64,000 bases of DNA from Alphaproteobacteria bacterium (GCA_965204775.1 CBDBFH010000022.1:19015-83014); one strand, 5' to 3'; shown: positions 18,578-29,624, counted from the first letter of the stretch. Program-made: numbers and translations. The notes: generated by a model from the letters alone, not told the origin.

Positions 18578-19921
18578 ATGGTCTGGACTATCGCCATCGC
18601 CGGACGCCCCAATGTCGGCAAGTCCACCCTGTTCAACCGGCTGTGCCCGCCCCGGCGCGGCCAGTCGCGCGCGCTGGTCTCGCCCGCGCCCGGCCTGACC
18701 CGCGACTGGCGCGAGGGCGAGGCCCGCCTCGGAAATCTGCGCTTCCGCCTCATCGACACCGCCGGACTGGAGGAAGCACGGGCCGGAAGCCTCGCCGCCC
18801 TTATGACCCAGGGCGCACAACAGACTTTGAGACAGGCCGATCTGTGCCTCTTCCTGATCGACGCCCGCGCCGGTCTGACCCCCGCCGATGAACGCTGGGC
18901 GCTTTACCTGCGCCGCCATGCCCGCGCCGTGGTCCCGGTCGCCAACAAATGCGAAGGCCGCGCCGGAGACGCCGGCTGGCTGGAAGCCCATCGGCTGGGC
19001 TTCGGCGCGCCGGTCGCGCTCTCCGCCGAACATGGCGAAGGCTTGAGCGCCCTCGCCCAGGCGCTCGAAGATGTTCTGCCCCAAACCAAAGCCTCCGAAG
19101 AAGAAAACCCGGACCGGCCCCTGCGGCTGGCCGTGGTCGGGCGGCCCAATGCCGGAAAATCCACCCTGATCAATCGCCTGCTGGGGCGCAACCGCGTCCT
19201 CGCCGGGCCAAAGCCGGGGACAACCCGCGATGCGGTCGCCGTCGCATGGCGCTGGCGCGAGCATGACGTCCTGCTTTTCGACACCGCCGGGCTGCGCCGC
19301 CGCGCCCGAATCTCGGAAAAAGACGAAGCGCTGGCCGCCGGAGCGGCGGTCGAGGCCATCCGCTTCGCCGATGTCGTCGTCCTGCTGATGGAGGCCGACG
19401 CCGCCTTCGAAAAGCAGGATCTGCAAATCGCCGATCTGATCGCCCGCGAAGGCCGCGCCGCCGTCTTCGCCTTAAACAAGATCGATCTCGCGCCGGCCAT
19501 TGCCGTTGCGGCCCTGCGCCGCAAGGCCCGCGCCCTTTTGCCGCAATTGCGCGGCGCAGCCCTCGTGCCGCTCTCGGCCTTGACCGGCGCGCAGGTCGAA
19601 ACCCTGATGCCCGCCTGTCTGCGGACCGGGCGCGTCTGGAATCGTGAAATCGCAACCGGACCCCTCAATCGCCGCCTGCAGGAAGCCTTGCGCCGTCATC
19701 CGCCCCCGGCGCCGCAGGGCCGCCCGCTCCGGATCAAATATATCGTCCAGACCTCGGCGCGCCCGCCTTCCTTCACCCTGTTCGCCTCGCGCCCGCGCGC
19801 TTTTCCCGAATCCTACCGGCGCTATCTGACCAATGAGCTGCGCGCAGGCTTCGCCCTTTGGGGCACGCCGATCCGCCTGCGCCTGCGCGCCTCGCGCAAT
19901 CCTTATGCGCCCGGCGCATAG
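18578..19921 (+). CDS. der: Ribosome biogenesis GTPase Der
   Basis: Two G domains (GRPNVGKS/DTAG/NKCE and GRPNAGKS/DTAG/NKID) plus KH-like tail. Confidence 0.97.
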   Translation: MVWTIAIAGRPNVGKSTLFNRLCPPRRGQSRALVSPAPGLTRDWREGEARLGNLRFRLIDTAGLEEARAGSLAALMTQGAQQTLRQADLCLFLIDARAGLTPADERWALYLRRHARAVVPVANKCEGRAGDAGWLEAHRLGFGAPVALSAEHGEGLSALAQALEDVLPQTKASEEENPDRPLRLAVVGRPNAGKSTLINRLLGRNRVLAGPKPGTTRDAVAVAWRWREHDVLLFDTAGLRRRARISEKDEALAAGAAVEAIRFADVVVLLMEADAAFEKQDLQIADLIAREGRAAVFALNKIDLAPAIAVAALRRKARALLPQLRGAALVPLSALTGAQVETLMPACLRTGRVWNREIATGPLNRRLQEALRRHPPPAPQGRPLRIKYIVQTSARPPSFTLFASRPRAFPESYRRYLTNELRAGFALWGTPIRLRLRASRNPYAPGA

Positions 19922-20616
19922 CAGACCCGCTCGCCGTGCCGCGTGCAGCCGGGCGCGGCCAGATCAAGCAGGGCAGGGCAGACCTCCTCAGGCGCGGGAA
20001 GGGTTTGCGCATCCTCGCCGGGCATGGCGCGCGCCCGCAACACCCCGCGAACCGGGCCGGGGTCGAAAAGATTGACCCGCAGCGCCGTCTTGCGCAACTC
20101 CCCGGCCCAACTCAAAACCAGCGCCTCCAAAGCCGCCTTGCCCGCCGCATAGGCTCCCCAGAAAGGCGCCGCCTCGCGCGCCGCCGCACAGGTCAAAAAG
20201 ACCGCGCGGCCTCGCGGCGCGGCGCGCAATAACGGCTCCACCGCACGGATCAAGCGCCAATTGGCCCCGGCATTGACCGCCATGCCCTCGCTCCAGACCG
20301 CCGGAGACAGATGCGCAACCGGACCCAGAGGCGGCAAAATCGCCGCGCAACTCACCAAAACATCCAGACGCCGCCAGCGCTCGAAAAGTGCCGCCCCCAG
20401 CCGGTCCAGCGCCGGGCCGTCGGTCAGGTCAAGCGGAACCAGCGTCGCCACCCCGCCTTGCGCCACAATCCGGTCGTCCAGCGCGGTCAAGGCGCTCTCC
20501 CGGCGCGCAACCGCCGCAATATGCGCCCCCTCGCGCGCCAGCGCCAGCGCCGCCGCCCGCCCAATCCCGGAACCGGCACCCGTGACCAGCGCAATCTGAC
20601 CCGAAAAACGCCCCAA
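19903..20616 (-). CDS. SDR family oxidoreductase (YciK-like)
   Basis: TGAGSGIG, YAAGK; downstream of purF. Confidence 0.88.
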   Translation of the reverse strand: MGRFSGQIALVTGAGSGIGRAAALALAREGAHIAAVARRESALTALDDRIVAQGGVATLVPLDLTDGPALDRLGAALFERWRRLDVLVSCAAILPPLGPVAHLSPAVWSEGMAVNAGANWRLIRAVEPLLRAAPRGRAVFLTCAAAREAAPFWGAYAAGKAALEALVLSWAGELRKTALRVNLFDPGPVRGVLRARAMPGEDAQTLPAPEEVCPALLDLAAPGCTRHGERVCYAPGA

Positions 20617-20620
20617 TCCC

Positions 20621-22090
20621 CTAGGCCGACTCCGCCAGCAGCGACAATTGCCGGTGACCCAAATCCCGCCGCCGGTCCGTCAGCGGCGTCGGATAGTCGC
20701 CGGTGAAGCAGTGATCCGTAAATTGCGGGCAGTCCGCATTGCGCCGCTCATGACCCATCGCCCGGTAGAGGCCTTCCAGCGACAGAAAGGCCAGACTGGC
20801 CGCGCCCACAAACGCCTGAACCCCGGCTTCGTCAAAGCGGTTGGCGAGAAGCTCCTCCGGATCGGGCGTGTCGATCCCGTAAAAATCGGGATGGCGAATC
20901 GGCGGACAGGCAATCCGCATATGCACCTCGCGCGCCCCGGCGTCGTAGACCATCTGAACAATCTTCTTCGCCGTCGTCCCCCGCACAATGCTGTCGTCAA
21001 TCAATACAACCCGCGAACCGCCGATCAGCGCCCGGTTCGGATTGTGCTTCAGCTTCACACCCAACTGCCGAATCTGCTGGCTGGGCTCGATAAAGGTCCG
21101 CCCCACATAATGACTGCGGGTGATCCCGAACGCGCACGGAATCCCGCTTTGCGCCGCAAAGCCCAGCGCCGCCGGAACCCCGGAGTCCGGAATCGGAATC
21201 ACCATATCGGCCTGCACCGGGGCCTCGCGGGCCAGTTCCTCGCCCATCCGCTTGCGGTGCTCATAGACGCTCTTGCCCCCGGCCAGACTGTCGGGGCGGG
21301 CGAAATACACATATTCAAAAATGCAGGGCCGCGCCGGACGCGGCAAAAACGGGCGCAGACTCTCCAGACCGCCCCCGGCCCGCGCAATGATCAACTCGCC
21401 CGGCGCAACCTCGCGCACAAAACTCGCCCCGATGATGTCCAGCGCGCATGTCTCCGAAGCCAGTATGTGCGCCCCGTCCAGCGAACCCAAAACCAGAGGC
21501 CTGATCCCCAAAGGATCGCGCACGCCGATCAGCATGTCGTTGGCCAGAACCACCAGCGCATACGCTCCCTCCACCTGGCGCAGCGCCTTGATCAGGCGGG
21601 CGGTCGCATCGCCGCCCCCAGCCCGCGCCGCCAGATGCAAAATCGTCTCGGTGTCGCTGGTCGATTGAAAAATGCACCCCTCCCGCACCAACTCCTGGCG
21701 CAGGGCGACCGCATTGGTCAGATGGCCGTTATTGGCGCAGGCAATCCCGCCCCCGGCCAGGTCGGCAAAGAGCGGCTGAATGTTGCGCGCTATCGCGCCC
21801 CCGAACGTCGCATAGCGCACATGCCCGATCGCGCACGCCCCGGCCAGACGGGCGATCACCTCCTCCCGGGTGAAATGATCGCCGACCAGGCCGGGCCGAC
21901 GCTCGGAGTGAAAGCGCGTCCCGTCAAAGGCCGTGATCCCCGCCGCCTCCTGACCCCGGTGCTGAAGCGCGTGAAGCCCCAGCGCCGTCAGCGCGGCGGC
22001 GTCGTCATGACCGGCAACCCCGAAAACCCCGCATTCCTCATGCAGGCGGTCGTCGTCACAGCAGGCGGCAGGCAGGGAATGAATCTTCAT
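20621..22090 (-). CDS. purF: Amidophosphoribosyltransferase
   Basis: EECGVFG, LQHRGQE, CIFEYVYFARPDS, DDSIVRGTT; start could be 22150. Confidence 0.97.
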   Translation of the reverse strand: MKIHSLPAACCDDDRLHEECGVFGVAGHDDAAALTALGLHALQHRGQEAAGITAFDGTRFHSERRPGLVGDHFTREEVIARLAGACAIGHVRYATFGGAIARNIQPLFADLAGGGIACANNGHLTNAVALRQELVREGCIFQSTSDTETILHLAARAGGGDATARLIKALRQVEGAYALVVLANDMLIGVRDPLGIRPLVLGSLDGAHILASETCALDIIGASFVREVAPGELIIARAGGGLESLRPFLPRPARPCIFEYVYFARPDSLAGGKSVYEHRKRMGEELAREAPVQADMVIPIPDSGVPAALGFAAQSGIPCAFGITRSHYVGRTFIEPSQQIRQLGVKLKHNPNRALIGGSRVVLIDDSIVRGTTAKKIVQMVYDAGAREVHMRIACPPIRHPDFYGIDTPDPEELLANRFDEAGVQAFVGAASLAFLSLEGLYRAMGHERRNADCPQFTDHCFTGDYPTPLTDRRRDLGHRQLSLLAESA

Positions 22091-22146
22091 CGCTCTCCCT
22101 CTTTCGGCGGAGCGCGCCCAATCTATACCCCTTTCCGCCCCCCCTG

Positions 22147-22719
22147 TCATGAGACGTTTTCGCCCGCCCCCGGCTCCGGCGGCAGGAGGGGCGTGGTCTC
22201 GTCCGGCAAAAATGGCCGCACCGCCGCCAGAAGCAGGTTAACCCCCAGCTCAAGCGCCGGACGGGTGCGCGCCTCCGCCAGCCAGGGTGGAAAATTCGCC
22301 TCCGCCACCAGACGCCCATAAAGAAAATAGCAAACCACAATCACCGCCATACCCCGCACCGCGCCGAACAAAAACCCCAGCGCCCGGTCCGCAAAACTCA
22401 GCCGCAGCGACCGAATCGCACGCCACAGCGAGGCATTGATCAGACTCCCCGCCACCATCACCGCAAGGAAAATCAACAAGCCGGCCAGTCCGATCTCCAG
22501 CCAGGGCTGCAACTCATACCCCCATTGCGCCTCAACCTGACCGCCCAGCCAGGCCCCCCAGGGCGGGGCCAGATAAAAAACCGCAAGGATCGAGGCAATC
22601 CACGCCGCCAGACTCAAAACCTCGCGCATAAAACCGCGAATAAACGCAAAAACGCTCGAAAACAAAACGCCCCCGATCACAATCAGATCGAAAACATTCA
22701 AACCCAGCTCGGCGGCCAC
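22147..22719 (-). CDS. cvpA: CvpA (colicin V production) family membrane protein
   Basis: RGFMREVLSL, DRALGFLFGAVRG; upstream of purF. Confidence 0.92.
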   Translation of the reverse strand: MAAELGLNVFDLIVIGGVLFSSVFAFIRGFMREVLSLAAWIASILAVFYLAPPWGAWLGGQVEAQWGYELQPWLEIGLAGLLIFLAVMVAGSLINASLWRAIRSLRLSFADRALGFLFGAVRGMAVIVVCYFLYGRLVAEANFPPWLAEARTRPALELGVNLLLAAVRPFLPDETTPLLPPEPGAGENVS

Positions 22720-22736
22720 CGCTCCGGCCCCGCCCG

Positions 22737-23540
22737 CTATCGCCCGCGCCCGGGCGCGTCCGCCCCAAACCGAATCGGCCCCGCCGCCCGGCCATGAATG
22801 AACTGGTCAACATAGGCATTGCCGCTCCGCTCAATCTCGCCCGCCGCCCCCGACCAGATGATCCGCCCCTCGTACAGCATCCCGATTCGCCCGGCAATCT
22901 TGCGCGCACTCGCCATGTCATGCGTGATCGAAAGCGCCGTCGCCCCCAAATCCCGAACCGTCGAAACAATCAAATCATTGATCACATCAGCCATGATCGG
23001 ATCCAGGCCCGTCGTCGGCTCGTCAAACAAAATGATCTCCGGATCAACCGCAATCGCGCGCGCCAGACCCACGCGCTTCTTCATCCCCCCGGATAACTCC
23101 GCAGGCCGCAACTCCCCGGTGCGCGAATCCAGACCAACCTGCGCCAATTTGTCCATCGCAATCTCGCGCGCCGCCGCCGCCTTCATCCCCCGCCCGTGAA
23201 TCAGGCCAAACGCAACATTCTCCCAGACGCAAAGACTGTCAAACAGCGCCGCATTCTGAAACAACATCCCGATCCGCCGCCGCGCCGCCCCCGCCGCCCC
23301 GCGCCGCGCGCCGCGCCCGGCAATCTGCCGCCCGTCAACGAAAATCCCGCCCCCGTCCAGCCGCAGCAGGCCCAGAAGACATTTCAGCGCAACCGATTTG
23401 CCCGACCCCGATCCCCCGATCACCACAAAAGACTCGCCCGCGCCAACCGACAGATCAAACCTGGTCAAAACCCGGTTGCCGCCAAAATGCTTGCGAACAT
23501 CGCGGAACTCAATCTTGGCGCTGCCCGCCGCGCCGCTCAT
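22737..23540 (-). CDS. mlaF: ABC transporter ATP-binding protein (MlaF type)
   Basis: GGSGSGKS, LSGGMKKRV, FDEPTTGLDP; follows mlaE. Confidence 0.88.
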   Translation of the reverse strand: MSGAAGSAKIEFRDVRKHFGGNRVLTRFDLSVGAGESFVVIGGSGSGKSVALKCLLGLLRLDGGGIFVDGRQIAGRGARRGAAGAARRRIGMLFQNAALFDSLCVWENVAFGLIHGRGMKAAAAREIAMDKLAQVGLDSRTGELRPAELSGGMKKRVGLARAIAVDPEIILFDEPTTGLDPIMADVINDLIVSTVRDLGATALSITHDMASARKIAGRIGMLYEGRIIWSGAAGEIERSGNAYVDQFIHGRAAGPIRFGADAPGRGR

Positions 23541-24310
23541 GAGGTGAAAAACACCGACGTCATCAGATAATTCGAGGCCAGAATCAAAATCGAGGACGTC
23601 ACCACCGCCGTCGTCGCCGCCCGCCCCACGCCTTGCGCGCCCCCGGCGCTGTGAAAGCCCTGATAGCAGCCGATGAGCGCAATGATGAAGCCAAACACCG
23701 CCGCCTTGATCATCCCCGACGTAACCGCCTCCAAAGTGATGAAGTCGGCGGTCGCCTGGATATAAACCCCGGGCGAAAAGCCCAGCGCCTGCGTCCCCAC
23801 CACAAAGCCCCCCATGATGCCGATAATGTCGGCTATCAGAACCAGCAGCGGCAGGGTTACAACCGCCGCCGCCAGGCGCGGAACCACCAGATATTTATGC
23901 GGATTGGTCGACAATGTGACCAGCGCATCAATCTGTTCGGTCACCCGCATCGAGCCCAGCTCGGCGGCAATCGCCGCGCTGATCCGCCCCGCCACCATCA
24001 GCCCGGTCAGCACCGGACCCAGCTCCCGCGTTATCCCCAGCGCGACAATCGTGGCGATGATCGTCTCGGAATTGAAATTGTTGCCGCCGTAATAAATCTG
24101 AAGGGCAAAAACCGCCCCCGTAAAAAAAGACGTCAACGCCACCACCGGCAGCGAATTATAGCCGATCCGAACCGCCTGCCCCGCAAACAGCCGGATGAAA
24201 AACGGCGGGCGCAACAGATGACTGACCGCAATCGCAGCGAAAACCGAAAAACGCCCGCCCTGCCCGCACAGGCGCAGCACCGCCCGCCCAACTGACGCCA
24301 GCGCGCTCAT
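23537..24310 (-). CDS. mlaE: MlaE family ABC permease
   Basis: RELGPVL, AELGSMRVTEQIDAL, GGAQGVGRA. Confidence 0.93.
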   Translation of the reverse strand: MSALASVGRAVLRLCGQGGRFSVFAAIAVSHLLRPPFFIRLFAGQAVRIGYNSLPVVALTSFFTGAVFALQIYYGGNNFNSETIIATIVALGITRELGPVLTGLMVAGRISAAIAAELGSMRVTEQIDALVTLSTNPHKYLVVPRLAAAVVTLPLLVLIADIIGIMGGFVVGTQALGFSPGVYIQATADFITLEAVTSGMIKAAVFGFIIALIGCYQGFHSAGGAQGVGRAATTAVVTSSILILASNYLMTSVFFTS

Positions 24311-25479
24311 GCCGCCTGCGGCTCCCGTCCGGCGCGCAGCTCCTTGCGCGCGCAGCGCCCCAGCCCAATCGCAATCTCATGCGGAATCGTCCCCGCCGCC
24401 CGCGCCCAGTCGTCGAGCGTGATATGGCGGCCCAGCAACTCAACCGGCGCATCGGGCCGCGCAACATCGCCGGGCAGCGCGCTCACATCCAGCATCAGCA
24501 TATCCATCGAGACCCGTCCGATAATCGCCGCCCGCAAGCCGCCAATCGCCGCCGCCCCGCCGCCCGGCTGCGCGCCCCATAACGCGCGCGGAACCCCGTC
24601 GGCATAGCCCGCCGGGACAATCGCAATCTTCATCGCCGCCGGCGCCGTGAACGCACCCCCATAGCCGACTTTCTCCCCCGCCGCCACCCGCCTGATCTGA
24701 GCGATAAAACTCGTCAGCGAAACCACCGGCGCAAAATCCGCCCCGCCCGGAGAGGGATTGCCCCCATAAAGGCCAATCCCGGGCCGGGTCAGATCAAAGC
24801 GAAACGCCTCCCCCAGTCCCAGCCCCGCCGTGTTGGACAGACTCGCCCGCGCCCGCCCCGCCAGCGGCTTCAGCAGCGCCAGAGACGCGCGAAACCTCTC
24901 CAGCTGCAGCGCATTCATCGGATCATCGGGCGCATCGGCGCAGGCCAGATGACTCATGATCAACTCAACCTGGATCCCGTCCAGGCGCGGCGGCTCTTCG
25001 GCAATGCGCCGCAGCGCCGCCGGCGAAAGACCCAGCCGGTTGATCCCGGTCTCCACATGCAGCGCAGCGGGCAGGGAGCGCCCGGCGCGCCGCGCCTCGG
25101 CCTGCCAGGCTTCAAGCTGATCCAGGCTGCACAGGCAGGGGCGCAGATCATGCGCCCGGCAGGCCTCGGCGCTCCCCGGCAGCAGGCCGTTCAAAACGTA
25201 AATCCGCGCCTGCGGCGCCAGAACCCCAAGCCGCGCACCGCCTTCGGCATGAGCCGTGAAAAACGTCCGGCACCCGGCCCCGGACAAAGCGCGCGCGGCA
25301 GTTTCGATCCCCAGACCATAGGCATCGGCCTTGACCACCGCCCCCGCCTCCGCATCCCCGGAAAGACGCTGCGCCCGCCGGTAATTCTCCACCAGCGCCG
25401 CGCGGTCTATCGTCAAAACCGGCGCAGCCGAAAGACGCGGCGCGCGCTGCGCAGTTCCAGTCATCGCGCCGGTTCGCAC
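24307..25479 (-). CDS. alr: Alanine racemase
   Basis: AVVKADAYG, MSHLACAD, RPGIGLYG, GYADG, GRVSMD. Confidence 0.96.
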   Translation of the reverse strand: MRTGAMTGTAQRAPRLSAAPVLTIDRAALVENYRRAQRLSGDAEAGAVVKADAYGLGIETAARALSGAGCRTFFTAHAEGGARLGVLAPQARIYVLNGLLPGSAEACRAHDLRPCLCSLDQLEAWQAEARRAGRSLPAALHVETGINRLGLSPAALRRIAEEPPRLDGIQVELIMSHLACADAPDDPMNALQLERFRASLALLKPLAGRARASLSNTAGLGLGEAFRFDLTRPGIGLYGGNPSPGGADFAPVVSLTSFIAQIRRVAAGEKVGYGGAFTAPAAMKIAIVPAGYADGVPRALWGAQPGGGAAAIGGLRAAIIGRVSMDMLMLDVSALPGDVARPDAPVELLGRHITLDDWARAAGTIPHEIAIGLGRCARKELRAGREPQAA

Positions 25480-25488
25480 CTCCCCGGC

Positions 25489-27012
25489 CTAGTAAAAACT
25501 TTGCGGAGTCCTGTCGTCGCTCGCCAGGTCCCGGAACCGCGTGTAGCGGGAATCAAAATGCAGCGAAACCTCCCCCGTCGGGCCATGACGCTGCTTGCCG
25601 ATAATAATCTTCGCCAGACCCTCGCAGCTTTCCATCGCCTCCTTCCAGCGCGAAAACTCCTCCGCATCCTCGCGGGGCTTCGCGTTTTGCAGGTAATACT
25701 CCTCGCGATAGATGAACAAAACCACATCCGCATCCTGCTCAATCGCCCCCGACTCGCGCAAATCCGCCAAATGCGGCCGCTTGTCGTCGCGCGCCTCCAC
25801 CGCCCGCGACAATTGCGAAAGCGCAATCACCGGAATGTTCAACTCCTTGGCCAGCGCCTTCAGACCCTGCGTCACCTCGCTGACCTCCTGAACCCGCCGG
25901 TCGCCGCCCCGCGAACCCCCGGAGGTCACCAATTGCAGATAATCCACAATCATCAGGTCCAAACCCTGCCGCCGCTTGAGACGCCGCGCCCGCGCGCACA
26001 ACGTCGCCAGAGGAATCGCCCCCGTCTGGTCAATATAAAGCGGAATGTCGTTGATCTCCTGACAGGCGCGGACGATATTCTGAAACTCCTCCTCCGACGT
26101 CTGACCTTGCCGCATGTGATGCGCCGGAACCTCGGCCCGGTCGGCCAGCAGACGCATCGCCAGCTGGGCGCGGGACATCTCCAGCGAGAAAAAGCCCACA
26201 ATCGCACCCGAAACGGTCTGAACCGATCCGTCCTTGTCCTTCTGTCCGCGCCAATTGCGCGCCGCGTTAAACGCAATATTGCCCGCCAGACCCGTCTTGC
26301 CCATCGACGGACGCCCGGCAATGACGATCAGGTCGGACGGCTGCAGACCGCCCAGCTTCTCGTCCAGATCATGCAGATAGGTCGGAAGGCCCGAAACCCG
26401 CCCCTTCGCGGCGTGCGCCTGCGAGGCAATCTCCAGCGCCTCCTCCAGACTGCCGCCAAACTCCTGAAAGCCTCCCTCATAGCGCCCCTTCTCGGCAATC
26501 CGGTAGAGCGCCTCCTCGGCGGCCTCAATCTGGCGCGGCGGCGGATCTTCCAGCCGGACCGACGCCGCCCGCTCATAAATATCCTGTCCGGCCCGAAGCA
26601 ACTCACGGCGCTGGGCAAGACTGTGAATCGTCCGCCCATAGGCCTCGGCATTGATCAAAGTCGCCGCGCTGCCCGCCAGCCGGACCAGATAATCCGCGCC
26701 CCCTTTGCGCGACATCCCCTCGTGACCCTCAAAATAGGGCCGCAACGTCACCGGCGAAGCCGGATGGCCCTCGCCGATCAGCGAACAGAGATGCTTGTAA
26801 ATCTCCCCGTGAACCGGATCGTAAAAATGCCACGGCTCCAGAAAATCATTGAGCCGGTCGTAAAGCTCGTTGTTGATCAAAAGCGCGCCCAGAACGGACT
26901 GCTCGGCCTCAAAATTATGCGGCGCGCCCGCTCCCGCCGCAACCGCCGCGCCGCCGGACGCCTCCTTCTGCGCCCCGCCGCCGATAACCTTGAAATCTGA
27001 TGATTGCGACAT
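25489..27012 (-). CDS. dnaB: Replicative DNA helicase
   Basis: PHNFEAEQSVLG, AGRPSMGKT, VDYLQL, DLRESGAIEQDAD, KQRHGP. Confidence 0.98.
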   Translation of the reverse strand: MSQSSDFKVIGGGAQKEASGGAAVAAGAGAPHNFEAEQSVLGALLINNELYDRLNDFLEPWHFYDPVHGEIYKHLCSLIGEGHPASPVTLRPYFEGHEGMSRKGGADYLVRLAGSAATLINAEAYGRTIHSLAQRRELLRAGQDIYERAASVRLEDPPPRQIEAAEEALYRIAEKGRYEGGFQEFGGSLEEALEIASQAHAAKGRVSGLPTYLHDLDEKLGGLQPSDLIVIAGRPSMGKTGLAGNIAFNAARNWRGQKDKDGSVQTVSGAIVGFFSLEMSRAQLAMRLLADRAEVPAHHMRQGQTSEEEFQNIVRACQEINDIPLYIDQTGAIPLATLCARARRLKRRQGLDLMIVDYLQLVTSGGSRGGDRRVQEVSEVTQGLKALAKELNIPVIALSQLSRAVEARDDKRPHLADLRESGAIEQDADVVLFIYREEYYLQNAKPREDAEEFSRWKEAMESCEGLAKIIIGKQRHGPTGEVSLHFDSRYTRFRDLASDDRTPQSFY

Positions 27013-27125
27013 CGCCAGGCCCCGCTCTCCCCCCGCCGGACAGAACTGCCCCGCCTGCGGCGGGAGGCGCATTATGCGTCATGCGCGCCCCGCGCGCCAG
27101 AGGGCCGAACCCCCCGGCCCCGAAT

Positions 27126-27743
27126 TTATCCCTGCGCTTCCTCAGCCCCCGCCGCCGCCGGGGCCGACTCCGGCTCCGCCTCCGCCGCGCCCTCCTGCTC
27201 CGCCTCCTCGGCGAAGCGCCGGGCGGCCTCCTCCTCCAGCATCTCCTGCGCCATCTCTTCAATCCCGGCGCCCGCCTCGGCCTCCTCGCCCGCCTCCTCC
27301 TGCGAGCGGGCGACGCTCAAATTGATCGAAACGCTCACCTCCGGATGCAGCCGAATCTCCGCCCGATGAACCCCCAGCGTCTTGATCGGCTTCTCCAAAA
27401 CAACCTGCCGCGGCCCCATCTCAATCCCGCTCTCCGCCAGAAGCGCAGAAATGTCCCGCCCGCGAACCGAGCCATATAACTGCCCCGCCTCGCTCGCCTG
27501 CCGGATGATCGTAAAACGCCGCCCCTCCAGCGCCGCGGCCTGCGCCTGCGCCGCCTCGCGCGCCGTGCGCATCCGCTCCTCCAAATGCGCCCGCTCGCCC
27601 TCAAAACGCTCCAGATTGGCCTTCGTCGCCCGCAAGGCCTTGCCCGACGGCAGCAGATAATTCCGCGCATAGCCGTTCTTGACCCGAACCCGGTCCCCCA
27701 GGCTGCCCAGCGCCCCGACCCGCTCCAGCAAAATCACCTCCAT
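27126..27743 (-). CDS. rplI: 50S ribosomal protein L9
   Basis: MEVILLE..VKNGYARNYLLP, LYGSV. Confidence 0.97.
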   Translation of the reverse strand: MEVILLERVGALGSLGDRVRVKNGYARNYLLPSGKALRATKANLERFEGERAHLEERMRTAREAAQAQAAALEGRRFTIIRQASEAGQLYGSVRGRDISALLAESGIEMGPRQVVLEKPIKTLGVHRAEIRLHPEVSVSINLSVARSQEEAGEEAEAGAGIEEMAQEMLEEEAARRFAEEAEQEGAAEAEPESAPAAAGAEEAQG

Positions 27744-27752
27744 CGCCGGGCC

Positions 27753-28034
27753 CTAGCGCACCACATAGGGCAAAAGCGCCAGATAGCGCGCGCGCTTGAT
27801 CGCCTGCGCCAGCAGACGCTGCTTCTTCAGCGAAACCACCGTGATCCGGCTCGGCACAATCTTGCCCTGCTCGGAAATATAACGCTGGAGAAGCTTGACA
27901 TCCTTATAGTCAATCTTCGGCGCGCTCGGCCCCGTGAACGGGCACGTCTTGCGCCGCCGCGCAAAAGGCCGCCGCGTCGGCAATTGCGCCAGATTGATCT
28001 GACGGCCCGATGAGCCGCTCCGCTTCTTGCCCAT
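27753..28034 (-). CDS. rpsR: 30S ribosomal protein S18
   Basis: [24 protein letters not shown]. Confidence 0.97.
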   Translation of the reverse strand: MGKKRSGSSGRQINLAQLPTRRPFARRRKTCPFTGPSAPKIDYKDVKLLQRYISEQGKIVPSRITVVSLKKQRLLAQAIKRARYLALLPYVVR

Positions 28035-28037
28035 GAC

Positions 28038-28526
28038 TCAGCCCCCCTTTGCTTCCTCGGCCTTGTCCGCTTCCGGCTCTTTGGGGGCCGGTTCTTCGGG
28101 AGCCGTCTCCCCGGCCTTCTCCTTGCCCTCCGCCGCCTCCGGCTTCGCCTCGCGCTTCTCTTTGTCCTCCGGCCCCGACGGGGCGGACTCCGGCGATTCG
28201 GCAGGCGCTTTGGGCATCAAAGGTGAGGGATCGGGATTATGCGCCTCAACCCGGATCGTCAAAAAACGCACAATGTCGTCATTCAGGGTCATCTGCCGCT
28301 CCATCTCGGCGATCGCCTCAGGCGGCGCAGCTATGTTGAGCAGCGCATAATGCGCCCGGCGATTCTTCTTGATCCGGTAGGCCAGAGGCCGCAGACCCCA
28401 ATATTCGCTCTTGGAAACCTCGCCCCCCTGACCCGTGATCAGAGTGGTGAAGGTGGCGATCAACCCCTCGACCTTTTGAGCCGAGATGTCTTGCCGGGCT
28501 ATGAAAACATGCTCGTAGAGAGACAT
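28038..28526 (-). CDS. rpsF: 30S ribosomal protein S6
   Basis: LYEHVFIARQD, WGLRPLAYRIKK. Confidence 0.97.
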   Translation of the reverse strand: MSLYEHVFIARQDISAQKVEGLIATFTTLITGQGGEVSKSEYWGLRPLAYRIKKNRRAHYALLNIAAPPEAIAEMERQMTLNDDIVRFLTIRVEAHNPDPSPLMPKAPAESPESAPSGPEDKEKREAKPEAAEGKEKAGETAPEEPAPKEPEADKAEEAKGG

Positions 28527-28574
28527 TCGCGTAAAATCCTGCCGGGTCCTCCGGCTCTCGCCGCCTTGACAAAA

Positions 28575-28603
28575 TTGACAAACAGGTCCGGCGGGGGACT
28601 ATA
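28575..28603 (+). promoter_or_regulatory. Putative housekeeping promoter of the fab operon
   Basis: TTGACA(28575-28580)-N17-ACTATA, similar to the alphaproteobacterial sigma70 consensus; a second TTGACA at 28566. Confidence 0.5.
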
Positions 28604-28670
28604 CAAAACCGGCGCGTGGAGGCAAGCTCCCGTCTTGCCCGCGCCGCAGGGCCGGAGGAGGGGCAGCGTC

Positions 28671-29624
28671 TTGGCGCGCGCATTTGTATTTCCGGGACAG
28701 GGAAGCCAGGCGGTCGGCATGGGGGTAGCCCTCGCCGAGGCCTTCCCGGCGGCCCGCGAGGTCTTCGAGGAGGTCGACGAGGCCGCCAAAGCCTCTCTCT
28801 TTCGCCTGTGCCGCGAAGGGCCGGAAGAAGAACTGCGCCGCACCATCAATGCCCAGCCCGCCCTGATGGCCGTGAGCATGGCCGTGATCCGGGTCTTGCA
28901 GCGCGAAGGCGGCTGGAACCTCGCCGCCAAAGCCCGCTTCGCCGCCGGACATTCGCTGGGCGAATATTCGGCGCTGGCCGCCGCCGGAGCCCTCGCGCTG
29001 GCCGACGCCGCCCGCCTCCTGCGCCGCCGCGGACAGGTCATGCAGGAGGCCGTCCCGGAAGGGAAGGGCGCAATGGCCGCTCTCCTGGGAATCGACTGCC
29101 CCGCCGCCGAGGAAGTCGCCCGGATCGCACAAAAAGAAACCGGGAAGGGCGTGTGCGAGGTCGCCAATGACAACGCCCCCGGACAGGTCGTCATCAGCGG
29201 GACGGCGCAAACCGTCGAGGCGGCGGGCCGAATCGCCCGCGACAAGGGCGCGCGCCGGGCGATCCCCCTGCCGGTCAGCGCTCCCTTTCACTGCCGCCTG
29301 ATGGCCCCCGCCGCCGAAGCCATGTCCGAAGCCCTCGCCCAAACCCCCATCCACCGCCCCGAACTGCCGGTGGTCGCCAATATCTCGGCGCGCCCGGTCG
29401 AGGAGCCGGAGGCCATCCGCGAGAGTTTGATCCGGCAAATCGCCGGACGGGTGCGCTGGCGCGAAAGCGTCGCCTTCATGGCGCAAGCGGGCGTGACCCA
29501 TCTGGTCGAGGCCGGGGCCGGGCAGGTCCTCACCGCCATGACCCGGCGAATCGACAAAAATCTCACCGCCCGCCCCCTCAACAGCCCCGCCGATATCGAA
29601 ACCTTTCTCAAAGAGGAGGCCTGA
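28671..29624 (+). CDS. fabD: Malonyl-CoA:ACP transacylase
   Basis: FPGQGSQ, GHSLGEY, VSAPFH; TTG start after GGAGGAGG. Confidence 0.96.
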   Translation: MARAFVFPGQGSQAVGMGVALAEAFPAAREVFEEVDEAAKASLFRLCREGPEEELRRTINAQPALMAVSMAVIRVLQREGGWNLAAKARFAAGHSLGEYSALAAAGALALADAARLLRRRGQVMQEAVPEGKGAMAALLGIDCPAAEEVARIAQKETGKGVCEVANDNAPGQVVISGTAQTVEAAGRIARDKGARRAIPLPVSAPFHCRLMAPAAEAMSEALAQTPIHRPELPVVANISARPVEEPEAIRESLIRQIAGRVRWRESVAFMAQAGVTHLVEAGAGQVLTAMTRRIDKNLTARPLNSPADIETFLKEEA